From: a virus
Taxonomy: Duplodnaviria > Caudoviricetes
Virus record (IMG/VR): IMGVR_UViG_3300037467_003067
Span: 160,001 to 224,000 of that record
Direction: 5' to 3' (one strand)
Length of the DNA stretch: 64,000 nt
Shown: positions 10,583 through 20,136 of the stretch, in pieces
How the letters are laid out: each line of letters starts with the position of its first letter
Numbering within the stretch: position 1 is the stretch's first letter
Translations under genes and position numbers: made by a program
The notes under the pieces: generated by a model
The model's input: only the letters and a program-made list of their open reading frames with translations
The model's database searches: none
What the model was told of the DNA's origin: nothing

Positions 10583-11395
10583 CTATTTACACTTCAGCTT
10601 ATAACCTTTGATTTTCTTAGGCTCTTTGATTTTACTTGCCAATGTCTTTGATATATACTGATCCACACCTTGTTCGCCATCCTTATCGTTGATTTTGCTC
10701 ATCGTTTTGTATTTATTGTCGAATTTATGACCAAGATGGTCTGTGTAATGACGGGTGCAGAGTAGGCTTCCATGCTTGCCAAGTTGCTCGTCTCGCATCT
10801 GTCTGGTCGCGATCTCTTCTGGGGTCATGTGTTCGACCTTGTAATCGACTTCCTTGGGGAGGAAGAGGAGTTGGGCGTAGGGTTGGTTGGGCTTGAAGAC
10901 GTGGCATTGACCGGGCAAAGGTGCCTTGAATGCGATGAAGAAGATTCTGGACCACCATTCTGATTCGATATGACCGGCGACGGGGATGGGTACGGTTCCG
11001 GTTCGGTCGGTATAGAAGCTAGGGTGTGGCTCGATGCGGGTGACGATTCCCGGAGTGGTCTTGAGGTCGAGGGACGAGGTGAATCCGTAGTGATGCGGTG
11101 CGAATGACATGAACGGCGGCATTTTGATGCCGGTGATTTGTTCTTCGGCGGAGAAATCGCCTTCGAAGGTGGTGATATCGTTGTGGTCGGTACGGACGAC
11201 GCATTCATTCTTGAAGGGGTAAATGAGTTCGAGACCGTAGGTAGAGGCATCGACGAATGGTTTACAGTGCCACGGTTGTGGTTTTGAGTTATTGGAGTAT
11301 CCTTTTTCTCCTGCCCATCCTGGGATTTGGAGTTTGATTCGTTGGGGTGGCGTCCCCTTGAACCAGGTGCGGAATTTAATCTCGATCAATTCCAT
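10583..11395 (-). CDS. Hypothetical protein (DUF6065-like)
   Basis: HCKPFVDASTYGLEL and GHIESEWW segments. Confidence 0.55.
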   Translation of the reverse strand: MELIEIKFRTWFKGTPPQRIKLQIPGWAGEKGYSNNSKPQPWHCKPFVDASTYGLELIYPFKNECVVRTDHNDITTFEGDFSAEEQITGIKMPPFMSFAPHHYGFTSSLDLKTTPGIVTRIEPHPSFYTDRTGTVPIPVAGHIESEWWSRIFFIAFKAPLPGQCHVFKPNQPYAQLLFLPKEVDYKVEHMTPEEIATRQMRDEQLGKHGSLLCTRHYTDHLGHKFDNKYKTMSKINDKDGEQGVDQYISKTLASKIKEPKKIKGYKLKCK

Positions 11396-11447
11396 AGAAT
11401 TTCTCTATTAAGGTTATATCTATAAGTAATGGAGTCATAAAATTTAA

Positions 11448-12404
11448 ATGAGTCAAAACAACTTAGATCCTTGTTCAGTACCTCAACAACATCTTTATAT
11501 TGAAGACCCGGCACCTGCTAATTGCCCTGAATCGTGCGCCGATCCTAGTTTGCGTACGGTCCAGGGTTTTGATTTAGGTTGGGACAGTGGTGAGTGTGAT
11601 GTTCGGGATGGTGCTGCGGCGTTATGCGATCCGATGCAGACGGGTCATATTATCAATGACTTGGAGAATCCGAGGCATGATGTCATTTACCGGTATTCGA
11701 AGGGACTTCGCGGCTGCGACACGGCGATGCAGGATTTATTCCGAGACATTGTGGTGTTGGACAATGATGGGAAGGCGCATCGTGTGCCGATCATCATAGC
11801 GACACAGGAGCGAGCGGTCGCGGCGATTTTGCAGGAGAATGTCCATCAGGACAGTACGGTTGTGGATCGCATTAAGTTACCATTGATGTCGATATATGCG
11901 AATGGTTATAATTACAATCAAAGTAGGTACATATATCATCGGGCATTAGAATATATACGAGAAGTACGACCGCAGGGGACTCCTGGTTGGTTAGCGGATC
12001 AAGGGAAGGTTCCGACTGATGTTTACGGTGTTGCTCGGGGCATCCCGATAGATATTAGTTATACGCTTTATGTATGGACGATGTTTGTTGAGGACATGAA
12101 TCAAATCCTGGAGCAGGTGCTAACAAAATTTTCCCCCATTGCATATATACGAATACGCGGTGTCCAGTGGGAAACCAGGGTCAAACTAGACTCAATTGCT
12201 TCTAACATTGATGTTGAACCTGGGGACAAGAATAAAAGAGTGGTCAAGTTCGAATTCGGAATGACTGCTGAGACATTTATTCCTCAACCCATTGTTCGCA
12301 AGAAGGCGGTGCTCCGGACTAGGACTGAAATCTTAGACGGGCTAAGTGTAGAGGATACGACGAGGGTAATCGCCCGCATAGAGGAATCAGTTAAGGAAGA
12401 GTAA
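11448..12404 (+). CDS. Tail terminator/sheath stabiliser (T4 gp15-like)
   Basis: VPIIIATQER, RIKLPLMS, PIDISYTL...EDMNQILEQVLTKFSP; lies upstream of sheath. Confidence 0.8.
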   Translation: MSQNNLDPCSVPQQHLYIEDPAPANCPESCADPSLRTVQGFDLGWDSGECDVRDGAAALCDPMQTGHIINDLENPRHDVIYRYSKGLRGCDTAMQDLFRDIVVLDNDGKAHRVPIIIATQERAVAAILQENVHQDSTVVDRIKLPLMSIYANGYNYNQSRYIYHRALEYIREVRPQGTPGWLADQGKVPTDVYGVARGIPIDISYTLYVWTMFVEDMNQILEQVLTKFSPIAYIRIRGVQWETRVKLDSIASNIDVEPGDKNKRVVKFEFGMTAETFIPQPIVRKKAVLRTRTEILDGLSVEDTTRVIARIEESVKEE

Positions 12405-12643
12405 TGTATAAGATTACGAATAAGATAAAGAGTCCGGTGCAGGTACTTGTCAGGTCATATACAGAGGTGCCTGGCAGTGGAACTCGTGCCTTTACAACGT
12501 TGAACATTCCTGGTGTTGGGGCAGGCAATAATGTGTATATGCTTGAGGATGAACGTCATCTTCCCGAATATACAGAGAGGCTTAAGAAAGCCAAAATGAT
12601 TGATGTCCAGCACGTACCAAATAAAATTCGAAAGGAAAGCTAA
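12404..12643 (+). CDS. Hypothetical protein
   Basis: 79-aa ORF between gp15-like gene and sheath. Confidence 0.65.
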   Translation: MYKITNKIKSPVQVLVRSYTEVPGSGTRAFTTLNIPGVGAGNNVYMLEDERHLPEYTERLKKAKMIDVQHVPNKIRKES

Positions 12644-12646
12644 GCA

Positions 12647-15022
12647 ATGGCGATATTAACAGGATTTCCGCCTTCGAACACGATCAGCCCTAGCGTGCGG
12701 ATTGCGGAAACAGACCTTACATTTGTCGCCCCGGAACAATCGTTTCACCGGGCGGGGCTGGTAGGTTTTGCTAGCAAAGGACCCATCAATATTCCCACCA
12801 AGGTCACGACCATTCGGGAGTTGACTCAGAAGTTTGGATATCCGCATCCTGATAGCGGTGATCCTTACATGTTGTATGCAGGTCGATCATATTTGTTGGT
12901 GGCTTCGGAGCTTTACGTAGTCCGAGTAGCCCAGACCGAGAACGTGAATTACGAGCAGGCTTCGACGGCATCCGTGGATGTTCCTGCGGCTGGAGGGCAG
13001 ATCGAGATCATCTCGAACGTCGCCGGACCTTATGTGTTCGATGTAGACAGTTTCTTCCGTTTCCGCCTGAACGGCGTTCTTTCGGTCAAGACTTTGGTCG
13101 TATTGTCGGGCAGTTACACGGCACAGGCTTTGACTGATAGTTTGAATGAGCAGCTTGACCCGCAGGTTGACGGGATTGAGTTCTTTGTCAGCACGTCGTC
13201 TCCCAGCACCTTCATCGGCGTGAGGACGACCTTTGCTTTCGGACCTTCGAGTTCTTTGGAATTGGTCTCGGTTCAGGATAGCATCTACGGTGGCGCTCCG
13301 GTGAGCATGTCTGGTACGAACATCACTGGTTTGGGTCAGAGCATGACTCAGGCTGTTTTGATCGGGACCGCCGATCGTTATCCGTTCGCCTATAACACTG
13401 CTGGATTCTATGATTTCACCGACATTGATACCGGTGCTAATCTCTTGATCGTGGTTGACGGGACCGACAACGTTCTCGTGGACAACATCGTCCAGACGGT
13501 TGACCTTGATTCTTTGGTTGGTTCGATCCATGCGGCGGCTGATGTGGTTGATGCGATCAACGACCAGAAGATAGAGAATGGCGGCACGTTGCCTGGCGGC
13601 TGGGAAGCTTATTTGGTTGGTTCGAACGTCGCCCTCAAGACCTTGACTTATGGTCAGGACGCTCGCCTTCGCGTGAAGGGTGACAGCACGGTTGCCGACG
13701 TATTCGGTTTCCCTGATTTCACCTACACGGGGTCTTCGCCGACGGGTACGAGCGGTGGTTCGACCTATGCTTACGGCATTGTTAATGGCGACACAAACGC
13801 ATCGAACACCACGACTTTCACGCTCACGGCGGATTCTCCGGGGCAAGACGGCAATGCGACCGACGTGGTGATCCACAACGACATCAGGACCGGCACCTTC
13901 GAGATTGACATCTACAACAATGGTGTTCAGGTTGAGTCGTGGGGCGGCTTGGTCAAGGACCAGAGCAGCAGTTACTACGTCGCTACCTATCTGTCGCAGG
14001 TTTCCGAGTGGATTCGTATTCAGGATGTGACTTCCGTCCCGGCACCTCCGAAGGATGGCACGTACAACCTGCTGGGCGGTTCGGACGGTATTCCTTCCGA
14101 CCCGGATGTCCAGGACAGCCTCTTGGTTGGCAATGCGATCGGCTACACGGGGCTTTACTCCTTGTCGGAGCCTGAACAGATTGATATCGACTTGATTGCG
14201 ATTCCTGGTCATTCTTCGACGACGGTTGTCTTGGGCTTGCTTGATTTCTGCCAGAATGTCCGCAAGGACTGTATGGCGATTATCGACCCGCCATTTGGCT
14301 TGACGGTCAGTGAGATTGTGGCTTGGCAGAATGGTAGCCACCCGCTGAACTCGACCCGATTTGATTCGGACTTCGCGGCGTTGTACTGGCCGTGGGTGAA
14401 GATCCGCGACACGTTCAATCAGCTTGACATTTGGGCTCCGCCGAGCGGAAGCGTGATGGCGACCTATGCGTATTCGGATCGCATCTCGGCTCCTTGGTTC
14501 GCTCCTGCGGGCATGACTCGTGGTATCGTGCCGGGCATCACCGACGTTTTCAGCCGACCGACCTTGGAAGAACGCGATTTGATGTATGGCAATGCCAATG
14601 CGATCAATCCTATCGTCCAGTTTGTGGATGTTGATGGCTTCTTGATCTGGGGGCAGAAGACGCTTCAGCGTCGTCCGACCGCCCTGAACCGCGTCAATGT
14701 TCGCCGAATGTTGTTCGTCGCCGAGAAGCAGATTCGGGCGGCAGCACGAACGCTGCTTTTCGAGCCACACGATGATGAGCTACAGCAGAAATTTGTTCGA
14801 ATTGCGACCGGCATCTTGAACAACATGAAGGTGGGGCGTGGCATAACCGACTTCATGGTGATTTGTGATTCTACACTGAATACACCGGCTGTCATTCAGA
14901 GAAACGAACTCCGCGCTCAGATCGGTATCAAGCCGATGTACGCGGTTGAGTTCATCTTCATCGAATTTGCCCTCTTCCCGCTCGATAGTTTCACCGAATC
15001 TGGCACCGGACAAGTATTCTAA
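12647..15022 (+). CDS. Contractile tail sheath protein (T4 gp18-like)
   Basis: SPSVRIAETDLT, GFASKGP, YWPW, WFAPAG..RG, WGQKTLQ, RVNVRR, VEFIFIEF motifs. Confidence 0.96.
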   Translation: MAILTGFPPSNTISPSVRIAETDLTFVAPEQSFHRAGLVGFASKGPINIPTKVTTIRELTQKFGYPHPDSGDPYMLYAGRSYLLVASELYVVRVAQTENVNYEQASTASVDVPAAGGQIEIISNVAGPYVFDVDSFFRFRLNGVLSVKTLVVLSGSYTAQALTDSLNEQLDPQVDGIEFFVSTSSPSTFIGVRTTFAFGPSSSLELVSVQDSIYGGAPVSMSGTNITGLGQSMTQAVLIGTADRYPFAYNTAGFYDFTDIDTGANLLIVVDGTDNVLVDNIVQTVDLDSLVGSIHAAADVVDAINDQKIENGGTLPGGWEAYLVGSNVALKTLTYGQDARLRVKGDSTVADVFGFPDFTYTGSSPTGTSGGSTYAYGIVNGDTNASNTTTFTLTADSPGQDGNATDVVIHNDIRTGTFEIDIYNNGVQVESWGGLVKDQSSSYYVATYLSQVSEWIRIQDVTSVPAPPKDGTYNLLGGSDGIPSDPDVQDSLLVGNAIGYTGLYSLSEPEQIDIDLIAIPGHSSTTVVLGLLDFCQNVRKDCMAIIDPPFGLTVSEIVAWQNGSHPLNSTRFDSDFAALYWPWVKIRDTFNQLDIWAPPSGSVMATYAYSDRISAPWFAPAGMTRGIVPGITDVFSRPTLEERDLMYGNANAINPIVQFVDVDGFLIWGQKTLQRRPTALNRVNVRRMLFVAEKQIRAAARTLLFEPHDDELQQKFVRIATGILNNMKVGRGITDFMVICDSTLNTPAVIQRNELRAQIGIKPMYAVEFIFIEFALFPLDSFTESGTGQVF

Positions 15023-15031
15023 CATGCGAAA

Positions 15032-15060
15032 TTACCGGGGAGTATCCTACTCCCCGGTAA
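15032..15060. terminator. Hairpin between sheath and tube genes
   Basis: TTACCGGGGAGTA-TCC-TACTCCCCGGTAA inverted repeat. Confidence 0.6.
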
Positions 15061-15096
15061 TGCCCTTTGAATGACCTCACGATTAAGGAGACGAAT

Positions 15097-15687
15097 ATGG
15101 CACAGCCTATGGGTTTAGGACTACTTGGAGATCCAAATATCATCTTCAAGACTAAGTTCCGTTGGACCTTCGAAGTCGAAAATATTTGTGGGCTCGGAGC
15201 GGATATTCCGTCGAGCTTCGTTAAGGTAGCGGCGCGTCCGAACCTAGACATTGAAGAAATCCAAATTGATTATTTGAACGCCAGGACGTGGATTCCTGGC
15301 AAGGGTTCTTGGAATGAGATCCAAGTTACTTATTATGATGTTTCATTGGCTTCTGGAGTTGCGGTTCCAGCGGGAGCCGACCCGCTCTTGCTCTTCACCT
15401 GGATTCGATCGGTCTACGATTACGGCGACCCGATCCAGTTGAACAATGGTGCTCGTCGCAGTGCCTATGCGGCAACCGGAGTCTTGACCCTTTATGATGG
15501 TTGCGGATCTCCGTTGGAACAGTGGATTCTTCAGCACATGTGGCCCAAGACAATTGACTTCGGCGACTTGGACATGGGAAGCACGGAGACCTGCGATGTT
15601 TCGCTGACTCTTCGTTATTCCGACGTTCAGTTCACGAATCTTTGCGGTCGCCAGCCTCAGCCTCCTTGCTGCAAGCCTTGTAGTTAA
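15097..15687 (+). CDS. Tail tube protein (T4 gp19-like)
   Basis: KFRWTFEV, AARP, LYDGCG..LEQW, WPKTIDFGDLD, LTLRY; AAGGAG RBS before ATG 15097. Confidence 0.9.
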   Translation: MAQPMGLGLLGDPNIIFKTKFRWTFEVENICGLGADIPSSFVKVAARPNLDIEEIQIDYLNARTWIPGKGSWNEIQVTYYDVSLASGVAVPAGADPLLLFTWIRSVYDYGDPIQLNNGARRSAYAATGVLTLYDGCGSPLEQWILQHMWPKTIDFGDLDMGSTETCDVSLTLRYSDVQFTNLCGRQPQPPCCKPCS

Positions 15688-15743
15688 GGTTACTCATATA
15701 CTGGTAGGGTATACACCCTACCAGTATATTTTTTGGAGGTATT

Positions 15744-16256
15744 ATGGCACGCACAATGGGACTTGGAGGCGGCTTACAGGGAGACGCCTGTCTCAAGCAA
15801 AGACATCGATGGCTAATGTTTATCCCCAACGTATCATCGGAAGGGACCAATGTTCTCCCGCCCCAGAAGGCTGCACGTCCTAACATCGCGTTCAAGGAAA
15901 TGTCAGTCGAGCACCTCACGGAGACCCTCTGGTTTCCCAGCAAGCCCGAATACAAGCCGATTCAGATCACTCTCTACGATATCAAGGTAGGCAGCTTCAG
16001 CACTCATCCAGTCTTGGATTGGTTTAAGAAGTGTTATGACGCGAGAAGTGGTCAATGGACACTTCCGGGTCAAGGGTTGATGGAGAATGTCCGACTGGAA
16101 TTGTATGATGGATGTGGGACAACGATCGAGGCGTGGGTATTCGAAAATGCATGGCCGCAACAGATCGACTTTGGGGATTTAGATATGGGAAGTAGCGAGT
16201 TAATCACATGCGATATAACTTTGCGATATGCTCGCAGCTATCTCTCAAGTGATTAA
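15744..16256 (+). CDS. Second tail-tube paralog
   Basis: AARP, LYDGCG..IEAW, WPQQIDFGDLDMGS, ITLRY; clearly similar to preceding gene. Confidence 0.85.
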   Translation: MARTMGLGGGLQGDACLKQRHRWLMFIPNVSSEGTNVLPPQKAARPNIAFKEMSVEHLTETLWFPSKPEYKPIQITLYDIKVGSFSTHPVLDWFKKCYDARSGQWTLPGQGLMENVRLELYDGCGTTIEAWVFENAWPQQIDFGDLDMGSSELITCDITLRYARSYLSSD

Positions 16257-16270
16257 CTCACTTCGGAGGA

Positions 16271-16522
16271 TCAGTCGTTTTCTTCGACATCGTCGCTGAG
16301 ATCGTTCCTCAGGATTTCCCTGCATTCCTGCAAGGCGTCTTCCAATTGTTTGGTCTTCCAGGAGAGGACTCGGCAAGCGCCGCTTTTGTTGAGCCTTCCC
16401 TTCTTCGTGTACACCTTGTTCTCGTTCGTCAGCAGCGCCTCAACCAAAGGACCGTAACCCTTCGCTGTCAGCTTCTCGATGAGTTCTTGACGTTCGATGA
16501 TTTCAATAAGATTATTAGCCAT
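16271..16522 (-). CDS. Small helical protein with HTH-like C-terminus
   Basis: LNKSGACRVLSWKTKQLEDALQECREIL; directly downstream of sigma gene. Confidence 0.6.
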   Translation of the reverse strand: MANNLIEIIERQELIEKLTAKGYGPLVEALLTNENKVYTKKGRLNKSGACRVLSWKTKQLEDALQECREILRNDLSDDVEEND

Positions 16523-16572
16523 ATGTGTATATTCTATCACAAATTAAATTAAATGTCAAATAAATTTAAAAT

Positions 16573-17127
16573 TTATTTATAATCATACTCAGAGTTGAGG
16601 TTTCTAATTTTAGTGAAGTTCTTGGTTTTAAGGCTATTTGTAATAGACTGGTTAACTTGTGAGTAAAGAAAATCCTGATATTTCTTTTTCAATTCATTGT
16701 AATTACGCGCAGTTCGATATTGTTGCCTTAAGTGATTTAAAGTAACAGTGGTCATGTAATTAAATGCTTTGCCCATTTCAGGATTGAACTGGTCCAGTTT
16801 GGCAAAACAAATCATAACCCCTTCTTGAATAGCATCATCTAAATCAATATGATTGAATTTCTTATATCTCGCTAGGTTATCGGCTAATGTAAGAAAGGCA
16901 ATCGCCAACAGGCTTTGTAATTCTTCGTATTCTACGACTATGTTTTTATAGTTTTCTTGGTATTCTTCGAGTAGACCATCTTCCAGAACGAATCCTTCCA
17001 CGGATTCGTCAAGGGGATTTTCAAGCACACCAATCATCAACTCGTGCTTGACTTTTTCTTTCTTACACTTCTGGAATCGTACTATGACTTTTTCCAGATA
17101 CTTGTTGTTAAGATACTCGTTGCTCAT
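16573..17127 (-). CDS. Late-transcription sigma factor (T4 gp55-like, sigma2 only)
   Basis: YLNNK at N-terminus; DDAIQEG..CF..LDQFNPE..KAFNYMT sigma2 signature. Confidence 0.85.
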   Translation of the reverse strand: MSNEYLNNKYLEKVIVRFQKCKKEKVKHELMIGVLENPLDESVEGFVLEDGLLEEYQENYKNIVVEYEELQSLLAIAFLTLADNLARYKKFNHIDLDDAIQEGVMICFAKLDQFNPEMGKAFNYMTTVTLNHLRQQYRTARNYNELKKKYQDFLYSQVNQSITNSLKTKNFTKIRNLNSEYDYK

Positions 17128-17234
17128 AATGGTTTAAACACTTGCCGAAAAATGGGTTCATTATCTATGCCTTTCTTCCTAAAAATCAAAATTAGGACTT
17201 TCTTTCATTCATTCGGATACTAAACTAAATTAGT

Positions 17235-17447
17235 ATGTCTATATCTAATATAATTTGGGGTCTACTAGACAGCCCCGCCGCTCCCGGTCCGTATAGGGAA
17301 CTACATAGGTTTTACAAGAAGCAACGTATGCCTCATGAGGCTTCCGCAATAGCTCACTTGATCAAGGTGAAATTCGGCGAAAATGTTGACGATACAAGTT
17401 CTGGTGGATCAGGCGACTCAGTCAGAAACCCTCAAGCAATGCCTTGA
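17235..17447 (+). CDS. Hypothetical protein
   Basis: 70-aa ORF. Confidence 0.45.
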   Translation: MSISNIIWGLLDSPAAPGPYRELHRFYKKQRMPHEASAIAHLIKVKFGENVDDTSSGGSGDSVRNPQAMP

Positions 17448-18369
17448 ATCCGTATTTGCCTTGATCCCTTCCAAATTTTGCGAGACCATGATCGGCAACA
17501 TTGGATGCTCTCAAGAAGTATTTCAATTATTGAAATATTATGACGCAACTATAATTCCAGTCTCTATCAAGAATGGCATGCATCTCTGCCGTAATTCACT
17601 CCTGGATCGTTCCCGATACGACTGGCAATTGTTATTGGACCCATGGGAAATGCTGGTCCAGGGGGACATACTGGACCGGCTTCGCACCGACGGCAAAGCC
17701 GCCAAATTCTCTGTCATACAAGGCGACCATTTGTCCTATCAGACTCGATTCTGGCGAAAGTCTAAGGCTCGGTTCGTCAATCCGGTATTCGAACGAGTCG
17801 ACCTAGACGGGGAACCCTCGGGCGGGATGATCATTTCCGGGCACGGCGACACGTTGGCAAGAGACCTAGCTCTCGCCAACGATTGGGTGAATAATGCCCC
17901 GACCAATCCCGACCCGTATTACTATCGCGCCTGTCTCCATCTATTCTCGATGGAGAATTACGATAGCTTTCTCCAAGATGCTGAATCCTACTTCTTCATG
18001 GAATCCCAGACCGATTCCCCCTCGGCGATCATGATGCGATATTACCTCGCCGGGGTTTATTGCTTCGCCAGGAAAGATGTCCCCAAGGCAATTCAGAATC
18101 TCGCTTCTTGCCTCGCAATGCGACCAACGATGGCGGAATTCTGGTGTCTCTTGGGCGACATCTATTACCACCTTATGAGGCAATATGGGAAAGCGGCAGT
18201 ATTCTATGAGAACGCCATGATCTTGGGATCACGGAGGCTGAATATAGACGCCTTCCCTATGGAAATATCCAAATACGAAGAATACCCCAAGAAGATGTTG
18301 ACCAATTGTAATGAGATTATTGCCGCTTCTGTTCGTGTGGGGGAAATTCGTAATCGTACGACCCATTGA
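17383..18369 (+). CDS. Glycosyltransferase-2-like protein with TPR C-terminus
   Basis: LKQCLESV, RNSLL...WQLLLDPWE, FVNPVFE; TPR-like AEFWCLLGDIYY. Confidence 0.65.
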   Translation: MLTIQVLVDQATQSETLKQCLESVFALIPSKFCETMIGNIGCSQEVFQLLKYYDATIIPVSIKNGMHLCRNSLLDRSRYDWQLLLDPWEMLVQGDILDRLRTDGKAAKFSVIQGDHLSYQTRFWRKSKARFVNPVFERVDLDGEPSGGMIISGHGDTLARDLALANDWVNNAPTNPDPYYYRACLHLFSMENYDSFLQDAESYFFMESQTDSPSAIMMRYYLAGVYCFARKDVPKAIQNLASCLAMRPTMAEFWCLLGDIYYHLMRQYGKAAVFYENAMILGSRRLNIDAFPMEISKYEEYPKKMLTNCNEIIAASVRVGEIRNRTTH

Positions 18370-18721
18370 TGCAAAATTCCCTGGTCCTCACGCGGTCGAA
18401 ATCATTGTTCTCTATGGTTGACTTGAGCAATTGAAACGCTTCGTCGAAGTCATTGGGGATGTCGGCGACTTCGCGATAGTAGTTCTGGATTCCGTACATG
18501 CCGCATCCCAAATAAACATCCTTCAAAGATTCAGTTTTTTGGTCATATCCCATGATGTAGCTATTTGGCTTAAAAGATGATTTGTGAATAGAGATACCTT
18601 TGTAGATATCGCCAACTATGATCATTGCTGTTTTTTCAGAAAGAAGGGCGAAGTATTGAAGATCGCGACCGGGGAAATGATCTACAAGAGCGGCATAAAG
18701 GCGATCGATATCTAGTTTCAT
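18317..18721 (-). CDS. Hypothetical protein
   Basis: 134-aa ORF. Confidence 0.5.
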   Translation of the reverse strand: MKLDIDRLYAALVDHFPGRDLQYFALLSEKTAMIIVGDIYKGISIHKSSFKPNSYIMGYDQKTESLKDVYLGCGMYGIQNYYREVADIPNDFDEAFQLLKSTIENNDFDRVRTREFCINGSYDYEFPPHEQKRQ

Positions 18722-19134
18722 TAAAATATATCCAGTTCATTTACGATTACGGTAACATGGTCTTCGTGTCGGGCGATGGCGAGTTGCTTGCGACCGGGTG
18801 GCAGGTTACGGAGCTTGGTCTCAAGTTCATCGACATGGCAATTGATAACGCTCCAGTAGTTCTGTGATAGCTGCTTCGCCTCTTCTTCCGGACTCTGATA
18901 CTCCTTGGACGGGAAATATTTTCTCAGTACGTCACTACAGTCCTGGAGTATCTTGCGGTAGATCGGGACGTTGCAGGCACATCCTGGATTCTTAAGGAAT
19001 TTCTGGACATCGGGGAGAACGTGGTCGGGAAGTTGGTCACGAAAACGGGCATCCAGGAGCGCCTGCTTGACATCATTCAGACGTATCGTGTTCTTGCTTG
19101 GGTTCTGGGACATTGGGTTGACTCTTCGGGACAT
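18721..19134 (-). CDS. Hypothetical protein
   Basis: 137-aa ORF with NPGCACN motif. Confidence 0.65.
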   Translation of the reverse strand: MSRRVNPMSQNPSKNTIRLNDVKQALLDARFRDQLPDHVLPDVQKFLKNPGCACNVPIYRKILQDCSDVLRKYFPSKEYQSPEEEAKQLSQNYWSVINCHVDELETKLRNLPPGRKQLAIARHEDHVTVIVNELDIF

Positions 19135-19354
19135 TGTATTTCTTGAGGGTGACGCCCCTGCCGCACTTGGGGCATTTGAATTTAGGCATCACCGGAATCG
19201 GGTCGAATGTTTCGGTCTTGTTGGTTTGCTTATTGAGAACCGGTATCCTGCCGGGGACATTGGATACGGTCCTCGCAACCAAATCCACGTTGAGCGGGTC
19301 TTCGACCACCTTCTTGTACCCGCACGGCTCGCAATAAATGACGTAGGTTCTCAT
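19073..19354 (-). CDS. Zn-ribbon protein
   Basis: CEPC...CPKC. Confidence 0.65.
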   Translation of the reverse strand: MRTYVIYCEPCGYKKVVEDPLNVDLVARTVSNVPGRIPVLNKQTNKTETFDPIPVMPKFKCPKCGRGVTLKKYNVPKSQPNVPEPKQEHDTSE

Positions 19355-19716
19355 AGGCTCTCGTATGGGTACTCCTCATCATCAGGAGGACCGTCGGCAA
19401 AAGGAAAGGGGATGGCGGTATTGGCTTCGATATACTCAGCCAGCAACGCGGCGAAATGGGACAGGAAACTCCCGGCGAATCCTGCCATCAGGACAACGGG
19501 CAGACTGTGGGATAGCATGACGAATCCCGTCAAGAGTCCAGCCCAGAAGCCGGTACACTGGTAGCATTCAAGAACTTCGAACACCTTTTCGGGCAAATGA
19601 TCCCTGAGAAAATTACGGGGAACATCGAATATCTTTCCGTAGACCAAGATGTTCGTCAGACCAATCGTCGATAAAATAAACAAGACTAAATTAACCATAT
19701 TCATCTCCAAAAACAT
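19351..19716 (-). CDS. Membrane protein (DUF1360-like)
   Basis: TM segments; IFDVPRN and CYQCTGFW motifs. Confidence 0.65.
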   Translation of the reverse strand: MFLEMNMVNLVLFILSTIGLTNILVYGKIFDVPRNFLRDHLPEKVFEVLECYQCTGFWAGLLTGFVMLSHSLPVVLMAGFAGSFLSHFAALLAEYIEANTAIPFPFADGPPDDEEYPYESL

Positions 19717-20066
19717 ACTTTTACTTCTTCTTTATTTCTTGTAATACAAAAATGAGGAAATAATTCTTGACTATTGAGAGAATTTTCTACATCATCCAAG
19801 GAATAATTCAAATTTTTTACTATGTTATAATCTAGAATCTCTTTTTTAATTTCATCGCCTACATGATCGGCGATGATTTCCAAATGGTCGTCGCCGACCG
19901 TCTTGATGAAATCCAGTATTGACCTTTTGCCGAGTTGCCGCATCGCTGGCACGTGCTGTGCCAATGTCCAAGAATCAAATAAGGATTTAAACTCTGGCAA
20001 TTTCCGCTGGAGAGATTTGTCTTGGAAAACGACTTCTTGCGTGGTTGATAAATTAAGTTCAATCAT
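19701..20066 (-). CDS. Hypothetical protein
   Basis: 121-aa ORF. Confidence 0.6.
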   Translation of the reverse strand: MIELNLSTTQEVVFQDKSLQRKLPEFKSLFDSWTLAQHVPAMRQLGKRSILDFIKTVGDDHLEIIADHVGDEIKKEILDYNIVKNLNYSLDDVENSLNSQELFPHFCITRNKEEVKVCFWR

Positions 20067-20136
20067 ACTAATTTAAAATAATTGATTCGACTCTTCATTG
20101 CTCTCCATTTAATCTAGTTTTCAAATAGGATATTTT

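Noticed and set aside
12887-14770. 627-aa antisense ORF
   Set aside because: Shadow of the tail sheath gene; no motifs, explained by codon bias
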